Shown: in pieces, positions 39,553-52,027 of the stretch
How positions within the stretch are numbered: position 1 is the first letter of the stretch
Layout of the letters: every line of letters starts with the position of its first letter
DNA from: Scenedesmus sp. PABB004
Lineage: Eukaryota
Assembly (NCBI GenBank): GCA_014905635.1
Contig: JABVCE010000029.1
Coordinates: 248,001 to 312,000 of the forward strand
Direction of reading: 5' to 3'
DNA: 64,000 bases
Made by a program: the position numbers and the translations under genes
The notes under the pieces: model-generated
Databases searched by the model: none
Told to the model about the DNA's origin: nothing
The model's input: the letters and a program-made list of their open reading frames with translations, nothing else

Positions 39553-41746
39553 ATGGACTGCGTCGTCGGCTGCGCCGGCGCGCTCGCGCCGCGCCGCCTC
39601 AAGGCCCAGCGCAGCCGCCGCGCGGTGGAGGAGTCTCCGCCGCCGGACAGGCGAGAGGCCCGCGCGGGGCGCAGCCGGGGGGCTCGGCGCTGCGCCGCTG
39701 CGCCGCTGTCCGGCCGCACACTCGGCGCGCCGCCGCCGCGCCGCAGGGAGTGGCCCGCCGAGCCGGGGGCCTACGAGATGCTGTTCAAGGCCGGGCGCGG
39801 CGCACACGCGACGGTGCGCAGCAGCCGCGCGCACGGGCGCCGCCGCCGCAGCCGCGCCCGCCCGCCCCTGCGTCGAGCCCGCGCGCCGCCGCCGGGCGGC
39901 AGGTCCACTGCGCGCGCTGCAAGGCCTTTGACGAGGTGGTGGCCGTCAAGAAAATCAGCCTTGACCACAGCTGGGACCTGGTGCGGCACCCGGCGCCAGC
40001 CAGCCCTGCTGCCGGTCGGTCAACTCGGCCGTTGACGCGCGCCGCGTCAACGCGCCGCCGCCGCCCCCGCGCAGTCGGCGCTCGTCCGGGAGGCCACGCT
40101 CATGCGGCGGCTGGCCCACCCGCACGTGCTGCCGCTGCACACCAGCTTTGTCGCGGGGCGGGAGCTCTGGATGGTCACGCCCTTCCTCGGCGCCGGCAGC
40201 GTGCGCGCGATCGTGGCGCGCGAGCACCCCGACGTGCGCCGGCGGCGGCGGCGTGCAGCCGCGGCCGCGCGCCAGCCCGCCCCCAGCGGCGCGCCGTCGC
40301 GGCCGGCCGAGCGCGCGGCCGGCCGACAGGGGCGCTCAGCCCCACGCGCGCGCGCACGCCCCGCGCAGGGCGTGGACGAGGTGATCATCGCCAGCATCAT
40401 GCTGCCCGTCCTGCAAGCGCTGGACTACCTGCACCGCAACGGCGCGATGCACCGCGACATCAAGGCGCGCGCCGTGGCTGCGGCACGCGCCCGCCCGGCA
40501 GCTGCGCGCGCTGGGCGCGGCGGCGGCGAGCGCCGGCGGCGGCTGGGCAGGCCTGGCCGCCTGCCGCGGGGCCCTGCCGCGGCGGGCCGACGCTGCGGCC
40601 GGCCGGCGCGTCACGGCGACCCACCGCGCGCAGGGCGACAACATCCTGCTGTCGGAGGCGGGCGAGGTGCGCCTGGCCGACCTGGGTGTCGCGGCGGCGA
40701 AGCAGCGCGACGTCTCGCTCACGCTGAACCACATCGCCGCCACGGCGGCGGCGACCGGCGGCGCGGAGGCGCCGGAGGCGCTGGAGGCGCCGGAGCAGGC
40801 GGCGGCGGAGGGCGCGGTGTGCGAGGGCGGCGAGGGCGGCGACGGGGACGCCGACGGGCTGCGGCAGACGACATTTGTCGGCACGCCCTGCTGGATGGCG
40901 CCGGAGGTCATGGAGCAGGCGCACGGGTGCGCGCCGCGGCAGTGCCAGCCGCAGCGCCCGCCGCAGCGCCCACGCGTTTACCGGCGCCGTCGCCGCAGCT
41001 ACGACGCCTCGGCCGACGTGTGGAGCTTTGGCATCACGCTGCTGGAGCTGGCGCACGGCCGGCCGCCGCTCGCGCGCAAGCACCCGCTGCGCGTGCTCAT
41101 GGATACAATCCGCGGCCCGCCGCCCAGCCTGGACGCGCACCCCAAGGGGCGACGCTTCTCGCGGGTGCGCGCCCGCCGCGCGGCCGCGGGCGCCCCCGCG
41201 CCCGCCGCCTGCGCCGGCGCGCCGCTGAGCTCGCCGCCGCCGCAGCTCCTGCGCGAGGTGGTGGAGGCGTGCCTGCAGAAGGACCCCGCGCTGCGCGCGA
41301 GCACGGTGGAGCTGCTGGGCCTGCGGTTCTGGCGCACGGCGCGGGACGCCGACTTCCTGGAAGCGCACTTCCTCGCGGGGCTGGCCCCGGCGCGGTCCGC
41401 GCCGACGTGCGGCCCCCCGCCCGGCGGCCGCGTGCCGTCGAGCGCGGCGCGGCTCAAGAGCGCGTGGCACTTCCCGCCGCTGGCGCTAGAGACGCAGGCC
41501 GAGGGCGAGGAGGGCGAGGAGGAGGGCGAGGGCGGCGCGGCCGCGCCGGCGCCGGCGGCGGCGGCGGCGGCCGCCGCTGCGGCGGCGGGGGTGGACGCGG
41601 GCGGCGTGGAGGTGATCGTGGCGCTCACACAGCGGAGCAGCAGCGCAGCCGGCGGCAAGGATGTCGGCGCGGCCGGCGCGGCGGCGGGTGCGGCGCAGGG
41701 AGGGGGGCTGCTGAGGGGCCTGCGCGCGCTCTCCCTGCTGAGCTGA
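39553..41746 (+). CDS. Second, divergent OSR1/SPAK-like STE20 kinase, paralog of 26438-31073, 8 exons
   Basis: [78 protein letters not shown]; its 7 introns match positions in the first kinase. Confidence 0.9.
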
Positions 41747-42342
41747 TGATTCTGATTCTGAGCCGAGCTGGCTGGATGATCGCCGGTGTGTGCTTCTGTG
41801 CACAGTGCGTGCTCTCTCAGCGTGCGCATTACGCTTGAGATCATGCCTTTTGCCTATGACTGCTGCAGAGTCTGTGGCTTGATCCGCCGCAGCCTGCTGA
41901 TCGGCGCTTGCCTGCGCTGGCGGCGCGCGACCGCGCGCCTATCCGTCGTGCGCGCTCTGAGCGGCCTCACATCTGCTGGCCCCGCGTGGTCTTCGCGGTC
42001 GTGCGTGGGTGCAGGGTGCGTGCGTAGGCGGGCGCGGGGGGCGGCAGTACGCGCGTTCGCCGCCGCGCAGTCCCGGCCTGTGGCGACGCATTCCGCGTAA
42101 ACCTTACACGTATCTCTACCTCCGCGTGTGCTGCAGGCCCCTTGACAGCCTCCGCGTGGGCAGGCCGAGCTCTCCCGCCACCGCAGCCTCAGCACCTTTC
42201 CGCACAGGCACCCGCATCGGCCCGTGCGGCCTCCGTTGAGCTTTTGTCAGTGCACCGGTGGTTCTGACGGAGCGCCACGCACCGTCGAGCAGCGCGCAGC
42301 ACCCAGCTGGCAGCAGCTCCCGCCTCGCTGCCCGCGGCCGGC

Positions 42343-43386
42343 ATGGCGCGCCGCCGGCGGCTGCTGCCGCCCCTGTGCTGCTGGACCACCTTGGCGCTGG
42401 CGGGAGCGCTGCTTGCGGCGCAGCGCGGCGCCAGCGCGCTGGGCATCCCGGCGTGCCCGCCGCCGCTGCTGTCCTGCGGCGCGTCGGGCTGCTACTCGCC
42501 GCTCATGTCGGTCGCGTGCGTCAACGGGCAGTGCCAGCCGGTCGGCCTGCTGCAGACGCTCAATCTGCTGGTCGGCCCGCCGGCCGCGCAGGGCAGCGCG
42601 TGCCCAGTCAAGTACATAAACGCCTGCGGCGACGCCGGCACGTTCTGCGGCAGCGGCGAGCTCTGCACCGCCGGCACGTGCGTCCCCGCGTCGCTGATTG
42701 ACGACAACGCGCCGCTGCCGCCGCCGCTGCCGCGCAACGCGACCGCGCTCGAGGTGCGGCGCCGAGCACACGGGCGCCGCGCGCGCCTGCCGGGGTGTGC
42801 GCGCGCCGGCCGCGACCGCAGCCGCCGCCGCCGCCCCCCGCGCAGGTGTGCAGCGCGGCGCGCGCGGCGTCGCCGCCGTGCGCGGGCGACGCGTCGCCGC
42901 TGGCATTGACCGACTGCGGCGCCATCGGCGTCGCCGAGCTGCCGGGCGTCGTGTGCCTGGGCAGCCGCGACTTTGTGTGCGCCGCGCAGAGCGGCGACGA
43001 GAGCGCGGCCGCGACGGTGCACAGCTGCCGCGGCCGCGCGCTCGTGGCGGGCGCGCTCAAGGACGCGTGGAACAGCTCCCTCGACGCGATCTGGCCCAAC
43101 CGCACCGCCGGCCAGCCGCTGCTGCAGCCGGTCTTTGAGGGCATGGCGGTGCGCGGCACGGCCCGGCCGCGCACAGCGCCGCCGCGCACGGCGCAGCGCC
43201 GCCGCGGCGAGCCCACGCCGCCGCCGCCGCCGCTGCCGCTGGGGGGGCAGGACCTGGTGGCCAACGTGTCCAACGGCCTGCTCGCACCCTTCAACATCAG
43301 CGTGCCGGCGCGCAAGGGCGGCAGCGCGCAGCCCGCGGGCGGGGTGGGCGGCGCGCCCGCGCACGCGTCGTGGAGCTTTGGGGGCA

Positions 43387-43418
<32 letters not shown>

Positions 43419-43553
43419 AGCTCTGATGGGTTCGTGCTGGTGCCGCCGCCGGGCATCAACGCCGCGGCAGCGGCGGCCCGGCGCAGCTCGCTGCTGGCCG
43501 GGCTGGCCGCAGCGGTGGCGACAGGTTTGGCGGTGGCGGTGAGCTTGGCGTGA
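42343..43553 (+). CDS. Secreted Cys-rich protein with C-terminal hydrophobic tail (GPI anchor or TM), 2-3 exons
   Basis: Signal peptide (WTTLALAGALLAA), many Cys, Gly linker, C-terminus SSLLAGLAAAVATGLAVAVSLA*. Intron 42754-42845, probable intron 43149-43250. Confidence 0.7.
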
Positions 43554-43755
43554 GCAATCACGAGAGGGCGCCCTGCCGCGCGGCTCTGGCGTGCTGAAAC
43601 CTGACCGCGAAACCTGAACCGCGCACGCGGCGACCGTCAAATCTGTGACAGCGCCTGTCGCGATTACCCCACACGCGTGGCAGGCACCGCCGGCAGGGGC
43701 CCCCGCAGGGAAGCAGACGCCGTGCTGCGCCGGCAGCGGCAGCGGCGGCGGCGGC

Positions 43756-46700
43756 ATGGAGCCGTCGGCGCGCCGCGCCGAGCTTGACGTGAACGATGAG
43801 GAGGGCCTGCTGCGTCTGCAGGTGAGGGCGAGCGGCGCGCGGCCGCGGGGGCGCGGAGCCGCCGCGGCGCGCCGCGGCGGCGGCGGGCGGATGCGCTGCC
43901 GCCGCCGCTCACGAGCGGCGCCGCATCGCGCGCAGGAGGAGTTCTTCGCCGCGCAGGCGTCCGCGCAGCCCGCGGCGCGCGTGACCAGGATCAGCAGGCC
44001 GCCGGCGGGCGGGCGCGGCGGCGCAGCAGCAGCTGCTGCTGCCGCTGCTGCGGGCGGCGCGGCGGGGCCTGCGCCTGCGCAGCAGGGCGGCGCAGCTGGC
44101 GCTCCGGTCGATGCTGCGTGCGCAGCCGGCGGGGCGGCCGCCCCGGCCGCCCCCGCTGCCGCCGACGGCGCGCTGACGCCGGGCATCCCGGGCGTGCTGT
44201 CCGACATCAGGGAGCGCGCCGTGCCGGCCGGTCCGCCCGCGGCGCCCTCGGCGGCGGCCGCGGCGGCCTTCCCGGCGGCCGAGCACCGCAAGCAGTCCAA
44301 GTTTGCGCTCGGCCGGCGCCGCGCGGCCGAGCAGCAGCAGGCCGCGCCGCCGGCTCCGCCCGCAGGCGGCGGCGCGGCCGCCGCAGCCGCGGCCGCGCAC
44401 GGCGCCACGCCGCCGCCGCCGGCCGCGCCGCTGGCGGCCGTCGAGGGACGGGCCGAGGCCGCCGGCATCCACGAGGGCAACCTGGAGCGTCTCGCCGACA
44501 TGGCGCCGGAGGAGGTCGAGGAGGCGCGCAGCGAGCTGGCGGGGCGCTTCTCGCCCGCCGCGCTCGCCTTTCTCAAAGCGCGCGGCGCCAAGCGCGGCGC
44601 GGCGCCGGGCGGCGGCGACGCGCCGCAGCAGCAGCAGGGCGCCGGCGGCGAGCGGCGGCAGGGCGCGGGGGCTGCCGAGGGCGCGGCCGTGGCGGCCGGC
44701 GGGCGCGCCGCGGCCGGGCAGGCGCCCGCGCCGGCGCCGGCGGCGCCGGGCATGCGCCGCGGCTTCCTCGGCGGCACCAGGCAGCAGCAGCGGCCCGGCC
44801 GCGCCGCGGCGCTGGCCGAGGGCCGCCAGCCGGGCGCGGCCGCCGCCGCCGGCGCCGCGGCAGCGCAGTCGCCGCCGCCGCCGCCGCCGCCGGCCGCGGC
44901 CGGCGCCGCGCCGCCGGTCGCGCGGCTGCGCTTCTCGCCGGACGGCGCGGTGTTGGAGCTGTCGGCGGACGGCGCCGCTGGTGGCGCGGCGCCGGACGAG
45001 GGCGTGCTGCTGCGCGACAGCCTCAGCCGCGCGGCGGGGGCGGTGCCAGACGGCTACACACTGCCGGAGCTGCGCCTGCTGCTGCGCAGCGCGCACCCGC
45101 CGCAGCGCGCCGCGGGCTTCCGCCTGCTCGCCGTCGTGCTGCGCCGCGCGCGCGCGGGGCTGGGCTGCGGCGGCGGCGCTGCCGGCGAGGTGCGCGTCGA
45201 GGCCGGCGGGCCGCCCGGCGGAGCGCCGCCGGGCGCGACGGGCGTCGCCTGGGCGCAGGTCTGGGAGTATGCGGTCGTCGTGCTGCGCGCGGCGCTGCTG
45301 TGCCGTCTGGGGCTGGACGACGACAACGCGGGCGTGCTGTCGGCCGCGGCCGACGCGGCCGCGGTGTTGCTGGGCCCGGCGCCGGGCGAGGCGCTGGCGG
45401 AGGAGGTCGCGGCCGCGACGCCCGGCCTCGGCTGGCCGCGCAGCTGGCGCGCGTCGCTGCGCCGCCTCGAGCGCGGCGGCGTGTGGGAGCAGGTGGCCGG
45501 CCTGGTGGCCGCGGCGGCGGCGGCGCAGGTGGGCGCCGCGCACGCGCGAGCGCGCGCCGCCCCGTGCCGCGCGCGGCCGCGCTCACGCGCAGCCGCGGCA
45601 CGGGCCACGCACCGCCCGCGCAGGGCGGCGAGCAGGAGGAGGCGTCGCCCGAGGACCTCGCGGCGCTCGACCCGCTGGCCGGCTTCCTCGGCACCGACCC
45701 GCTGCCTCGCCTCCGGCACATCATGCAGCACCGCTCCGACACGGAGGCGGTGGGGCCGCTGCTGCTGGTGCTCGAGGGCGTGGCGGGCAGCAGCAGGGAG
45801 GCCGCCGAGGCGGTCGTGCGCTGCCGGGGCCTGCCGGAGGCCCTGCTGCAGCTGCTGGACCTGCCCCTGGGCCAGGGCCAGCAGGGCGGCGCGGCGGCGC
45901 CGGCGGCGGGCAGCGCCCGCGGCAGCGGCGCCGCGCGCGCCGCCGTGCTGCGCCTGCTGCGCCTGCTCGCCGCCGCGTCGCCGCTGGCCTGCCAGCTGCT
46001 GCGCACGGCGGGGCTCGACACGGCGGTGCAGCTGCTGCTGTGCAGCGGCGGCGGCAGCGGCGGCGGCGGCGGCGGGGGCGGCGGCGGCGGCGAGGAGGCG
46101 CAGCTGCTGCTGCTGGAGGCGCTGCGCGTGTGGCGCGTCGCGGCGACGCACGGCGTGTGCCTCGCACACATGGAGGTGATGTTCCAGTTCGTCGCCGAGC
46201 TGCTGCAGCCGCCGGAGGCGCCAGGGGCAGACGGGCCAGAGGCAGACGCGCCGCGCGGCGGCGACGCGGCGCTGCGCTGGGCGCTCGCGGCCGAGGCGTA
46301 CGCGCTGGTCGACTGCCTGCTGCGCCACGCGCTCGCGGTGTCGCGGGGCGCGCGCGCGCTGGGCGGGGAGATGATCTCCCCCGGCTGCGCCGCGGCGGTC
46401 GCGCAGGAGGCGGCGGCGCGCTGGCTCGCGGCGCCCGGCGCGCTCGCGGCGGCCGGCGCCGCGCTCGTGGCGCGCGCGGACGGCGCGCTGCAGGCGCGGG
46501 CGGAGCCGGCGGCGCGCGCGTTTGCGGGCGGCGGCGACGACGCGGCAGGCGAGGCGGCGCGGCTGCGCGTGACGGCGGGGCTGCACCCCGCGCTGCGCGC
46601 GCCGCCGGCGTTTGGCGTCGTCGCGGCGCACGCAGCGGTGCTGGCCTTTCTGGCGAGCTACTGGTGCAGCCTGCAGGCGGCGCCGCGCCAGATGGCGGCC

Positions 46701-48941
46701 GACGCCCTGCAGCAGCTGCACGCGGCGGGCCTGGCCGGCGACGGCGGCGGCGACGGCGCGTCCGACCTGGCGCGCGTGCTGCTCACGGCGCCCGGCGGCG
46801 CGGCGCGGCAGCGGGAGCTGGGGCAGGCGCTGCTGGCGCACTGCCTCGGCCTGCTGGCTGCGGCATCGGGCGGCAGCGGCGACCCGGCGGAGGGCGGCGA
46901 CGCGGCGCTCGCTGCGCACTGCCTCGCCGCGCCCGCGGCCACGCTGCTGCTGGGCGTGTGCGAGCTGCAGCGGCAGCTCACGCAGCTGTGCGCGCAGCAG
47001 CAGCCGCAGCCGCAGTGCACCAGCGCGGAGCAGCAGCCCGGCCTCGCCGGCCGCGTGGCGGGCGTCGCTGCGGGCAATGCGCTTGTGTGGCTGGCCGCTG
47101 CGGGCGGCGCCGGCGGCGGCGCCGGCGGCGGCGCGCTGGCCATGGAGCCGTGGCGCCTGGCGCAGCTGGCCACGCAGCAGTACCAGCTGCGCCTGCTCAT
47201 CCGGCTGGCCAGGCCGCTGCTGCCGGCGCTGGCGCAGGGGCAGCAGCAGCAGGGGCAGCGCGGCGCGGGCACGGCGGAGGGCGCGCTGCTGTGGCGGCTC
47301 GTTGACGGACTGCTCTGCGTGCCGGCGCTGTCGGCGCCGGGGCAGGAGGTGCAGGCGCTCCAGGCGCTGCAGCTGGTGCTGGGGCCCGGCGCGCCGGCTG
47401 GGGGCGCCGGCGGCGTGCCGGGGCAGCTGCTGGCCGCGGCACGCGGCGCGGTGCAGGAGCTGCGCGCGCGCGGCGGCCCGCTCGCGGCGGCGGCGGCGGG
47501 GCTGCGCGCAGACACGCTGCCGGCGGCCGCCGCGGACGGGGCCGGCGGGGCAGAGAGGGCGTGCCCGCACTGGCCGGCGGTGCTGGACCCGAGCGGCGTG
47601 GACCTCGCCGCGTGGTGCCGCGTGCTGTTGGACGGCTATGCGGTGGCCTGGCTCTCCGTGGTCGCGCAGCCGGCGGAGCAGTTGGAGCAGCAGCGGACGG
47701 AGCAGCAGCAGGACGCGGCGTCGCGGCCGCCGGCGGAGCTGCCGCTGCCGCGCGCACTCGTGGCCGAGTCGGAGGGCTCCCGCCTGCCGGCGCCGCCAGA
47801 GTGGCTGCTGGCCGAGGTGCTGGCGCTGCCGCGCCAGCAGGACGGCGGCGACGTCGGTGGCGCGCTGCACCCGGCGGCGGCGGCGGCGCTGCTGGCGCTG
47901 GGGCTGGAGGCCCAGGCCGACAGCAGCTACATGTCCGCCGCCGCGGGGCCCGGCGCAAAGCTGGAGGCGCTGCTGCAGCTGCTGTACCTGGGCAAGCCGG
48001 GGCAGCTGCTGCCGCCGCGGCAGCAGGCGGCGCTGGGGCCGGGCTGGCAGGCCGCAGACGCGCGCTGGGTGGGCGCGGTGCTGAGCGAGCGCTACGCCGC
48101 GGCTGCGGTGGCTGCCGGCGGCGGCGCGCCCGCCGCGGCGCCGGCCACGGCGGCGGCGCTGCTCAAGGCTGAGTGCCCCGTGCAGCAGGCGCCGGAGGCG
48201 CAGGGGCAGCAGCAGCTGCAGCCGCCGCCGCAGCCGGCGCAGCGGGGCGGGCTGTTCCCGAGCTGGGCGGCGGCGGCGGCGGGCGGACAGCTGGTTGACC
48301 GCCTGGTGCGCGAGCTGGGCGAGGTCTCCACCGGCGACGCGCTGTTCGCGGCGCACGCCGCGCTCCTCCTGCTGCCCGCGGCGGGCGCGGCGCTGCGGCG
48401 CGGCGCTTGGGCGTCGCTCGCCGACCACGCCGCGCTGCACCTGCCGCCGCCGCCGCGCCGCTGCATCCTCGGCGCCGACCCATACCTCGGGCTGCCCCCC
48501 GCTGGAGGCCCTGGCGGTGCTGGCGCCGCTGCGTTTGACGTGCAGCTCGTCGGCGACATGGCCAAGGCGCTGGCGCAGGGCGACCTGCGCAAGTCGCTGC
48601 AGATGGGCGGCCTGGCGGGCGAGCTCGCGCTGCACGGCGTCGCGGCGCTGGCCCTGGACCAGCGCGCGTGGGCGGGCGAGCCGAGCGCGGCCGCGGCGTC
48701 CGCGACGGGCGGCGGCGAGGCCCGGCCCGCCGCGGCGGCGGCCATGGCCGTGAACGTGCTGCGCGGCGTGCTTCGTGCGTGCGAGCCGGCGCTGCTGCTG
48801 CGCCTGCTCGCGGCGGGGCGCGCGCGCGGGCTGCCGCTGGCGGAGCAGGCCCGCGCGGTCGTGCAGGCGGCGCACGGCGACGCGGCGCTGATGGCCAAGG
48901 CGCAGCAGCTGCTGCTGGCGGCCGAGGCTGCGGAGGCCTAG
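43756..48941 (+). CDS. RPAP1: RNA polymerase II-associated protein 1 / MINIYO / Rba50 homolog, 3 exons
   Basis: LLRLQEEF, VLSDIRER, IHEGNLERLADMAPEEVEEARSEL..RFSP..LAFLKAR (RPAP1_N), LRFSPDG...GYTLPELRLLLRSAHPPQR (RPAP1_C); introns 43822-43935 and 45529-45623. Confidence 0.88.
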
Positions 48942-49067
48942 CTGCTGAGTCAGGCGGCGGCCGAGCGGGGCGGCGATCGGGCCTGAGCGCCGCACGCGGG
49001 TGACACGCTTGCGTGCGGCCGCGCCAGTCTTTACCCGCGCCGGGCAGCAGCGCACGCGCAGCGCGGC

Positions 49068-51339
49068 TCACAGCTCATCGTGGGCGCCCCAGGTCGCCTC
49101 GTCCGGCAGGATCGCCGCGGCGCGCTGCACCCACTCGCACACCGGCCCGTGCGCTGGGAAGCCGCCCGCCGCGCACGCCTGGCCCAGCTGCTGCTCCGGC
49201 TTTGCGGCGGCCTGCAGCCACTGCAGCCACGCGAACGGCAGCTGCTCCGGGTGCGCCCAGAAGTGCTGCACCACGAGCGCCGCCACAAAGAGCAGCAGCC
49301 CCAGCGCGACGAGCAGCCAGGAGGGCCCGCCGCTGTGCGGCGGGGCAGCGGGGCGGCGGCGGCCGGGCAGCGGCCGTGGTGAGCTGTGGCGCGCCGGCGG
49401 CGGCGCGGGGCACGAAGAACAATAACAACGTGCGTAACGCAAAAAGTGACGCACCCGCCGCGCGGCGCGAGGTCCATCACGTAGCAGTTGGCGTCGCCCC
49501 CGACCGCGATCGCGGCGTCGCCGGCGGCGTTGAACGTCACGCTGCTCACAAACGCGATGCTCGCCTCCGCCTCAGACCGCAGCGCGAGCGAGGCCGCGCT
49601 GAATACCTGCGGGCGCGGCGCGGCGTCGGCTCCATGCGCCGGCGGCGCCCGTTCTTCTGCAGCGCCCCCGCCGGGGGCCGCACCCGCAGGTAGCCGTCGG
49701 CAAAGCCCGCTGCGATCCACTCGCCGCTGCGGCTGATGTCCATTGCCGACGCGGGCTGGTCCTTGGCCTTGACCTGCGCCAAGGCGGCGCGTGCGTCGGC
49801 GACGCGCGCACGCGCACGCCGGATCCAGCCCGCCGCGCGCCGTGCCCGGCGGGGCGCGCCTTTTTGAGCAGCGCCCAGGGCTGCCCCGGCGCGTCGGGCG
49901 GGCCGTAGGCGGCGAGGAGCGAGGAGTCGCGGCCGACGTTGATGAGCGCAAACAGCACCAGCCCGCCCCCCGACCGCCGCGCCCAGCGGCAGCGGATGAA
50001 CCGGCACTTGGCCACGCCTGCGGGGGCGGCGCGGGGCGGCGAGGCGGCGCGGGCGCTCGCGGCGGCGCAGGGGGAGAGAGTGGGGCGGCGCAGGGCGCGG
50101 CGGCGCCGCGCACGCACCCTTGGGCGGCGGCAGCTGCGCGAGGCGCTGCACGCGCTCCGGCTGCGCCGCGTCGAGCGCGACCAGCCACACGGTGCAGTTG
50201 CCGTCGCCGCCGACCGTCGCGAGCAGCTCCGCACGCGGCGCCTGCTGCGCCTGCTGGCCCACGCCCGCCTGCTGTGCCGCCTGCTGCGCCGCCGCCGCGC
50301 CGCCCGCCGCTGCGGCCGCCGCGCCGGGCAGGGGGCAAAAGTCGAGGTCCTTCACCTCTGGGTCGTCCAGCCTGCGCGCCGGCAGTCCCCGGCCGGCCGG
50401 CGGGGCAAGCGTGAGCCGGGCCCAGCAGCCGAGCGGCGGCGGCCGCGAGGGGGCGCCCCGCGCCGGCCGGGGCAGCGCCGGCGCCGGCGCCGCGGCGCTC
50501 ACGTCCACTGTACCAGCGGGCGCATGCTCGGGTACGCCGCGACCACGACGCCGCCGCCCTCCTTGAAGCCGAGGCCGAGCAGCGTGCCGGGCGCGTTGAA
50601 CGCCATCGTCCCGACCTCGCTTGACAGGCCAGACATGGCCTCCCGGAACGCGGCTGCGCGAGGCCGGCCCCGCGCGGCACATGCGGGCACAGGCGCGAGC
50701 GGCGGCAGCAGCGGCGTGGAGGGTCGGCCGGGGCGGGGCGGGCCGGCGCGCGGGGCGGCAGCCGGTGTGCGGCACGGCGCGGGCGCGCACCCGAGACCTC
50801 CACCAGCTTGGGCTTGCCGCCGCGGCCGTCCTCGCTGCTGATCTGCAGCCGCCGCAGCCCGCCGTTGGAGTTGCCGAGCAGCAGGCTCGACCCCCAGGGG
50901 CACATCAGCATGCTGCGGCCGGCGCGGCGCCGGCGTCGGCGGCCGGCGGCCGGCGCGTGGCGCGGGCCACGGCGCAGCGCGGCGCGGCGCCGCCCGCCCG
51001 CGGCGCCCGCACCGCATGGGCGTGTCTGAGCCGAGCTTGTATTCCCCGAGCTGGTCGCTGCAGCGCCCGTTCTTGTACGCCGCCCACACCACACTGCGCG
51101 CCAGGGCGGCGCCTCAGCCGCCCGCCGCGCGCTGTGCGTGGCGGCGCCCGCTGCGCGCGCTGCTCGCGCGCGCGGGCGGCGGCGGCAGCGGCGGCAGCGG
51201 CGGCGGCGCACCGCGGGACGAGGCCGTGCCCGCCGCCGCCGCAGACGTAGTAGTGCGGCCCCTCCGGCCAGGCGGCGCCGTAGAGGGCCATGCCATACTT
51301 GAACTCGTTGGCCCGGCTGCCCACCTTGGACCTGCCCAT
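49068..51339 (-). CDS. SEC12: SEC12/PREB-like WD40 Sar1 GEF with C-terminal TM helix, 9 exons
   Basis: N-terminal CGGGGHG loop, WD-like repeats (VKDLDF, LLATVGGDGNCTVW, MDISRSGEWIAAG, FVSSVTFN), TM WLLVALGLLLFVAALVV. Confidence 0.8.
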
Positions 51340-51754
51340 GCCGGCGCGCCGCGCCGCCGCCAACCGCTGCTGCTGCTGCGCCCGCGCCGGCGCCGCCGGC
51401 TCGCCGCCTCGCCGCCGGCCGCGCTGCCTGCGCCTCCGCGGCCGGCCAACGGCTGGAGGTGCTCACAGAGCCGCGCGGCCGCGATCTGCGGCCTCTCGCC
51501 TGGCGGGCGAAGAGGTTGGCTGGGCGCGGCAGCGACCTGCGTGGGCTGCGGTGCGATGCCTGGGGCACGCGTACGACCGGTCTGGCGCGGCGTGCGGCGG
51601 GTGGTGGGCCACACCAACCCGAGCAGCGCGGGAGGGGCGGTTTTGGCATCAACTCGTCGTTTGGGAGCCCGCTGCGGCCTCGATCGCGTCCCGGCGCGCG
51701 CCCGCCCCACACCAGGCGCTGGCTCACGACCCGTGCCACCCTCACGACGCCGCC

Positions 51755-51994
51755 ATGCCGGCGCTGGCGCGGCTGGCGGGGCGCCTGGGGCGCCTGAGCG
51801 CCTGCAGCCTGCGTCCCGCGCCCTGGGGCGCGCAACCCGGCCCCCGCTCGCCCTGGCAGGCGGTTCACCGAGGGCCCCAGCCGCCGGCGCGAGCTCTGGC
51901 GCTCAATGCCCTGCTCGCGGGCGCCGCGCCGCAGCCAGGCGGGCGCAGCGGCAGCGGCGGCGAGCCCGGCAGGCGCGGCAGCAGCGGCAGCAGC

Positions 51995-52027
<33 letters not shown>

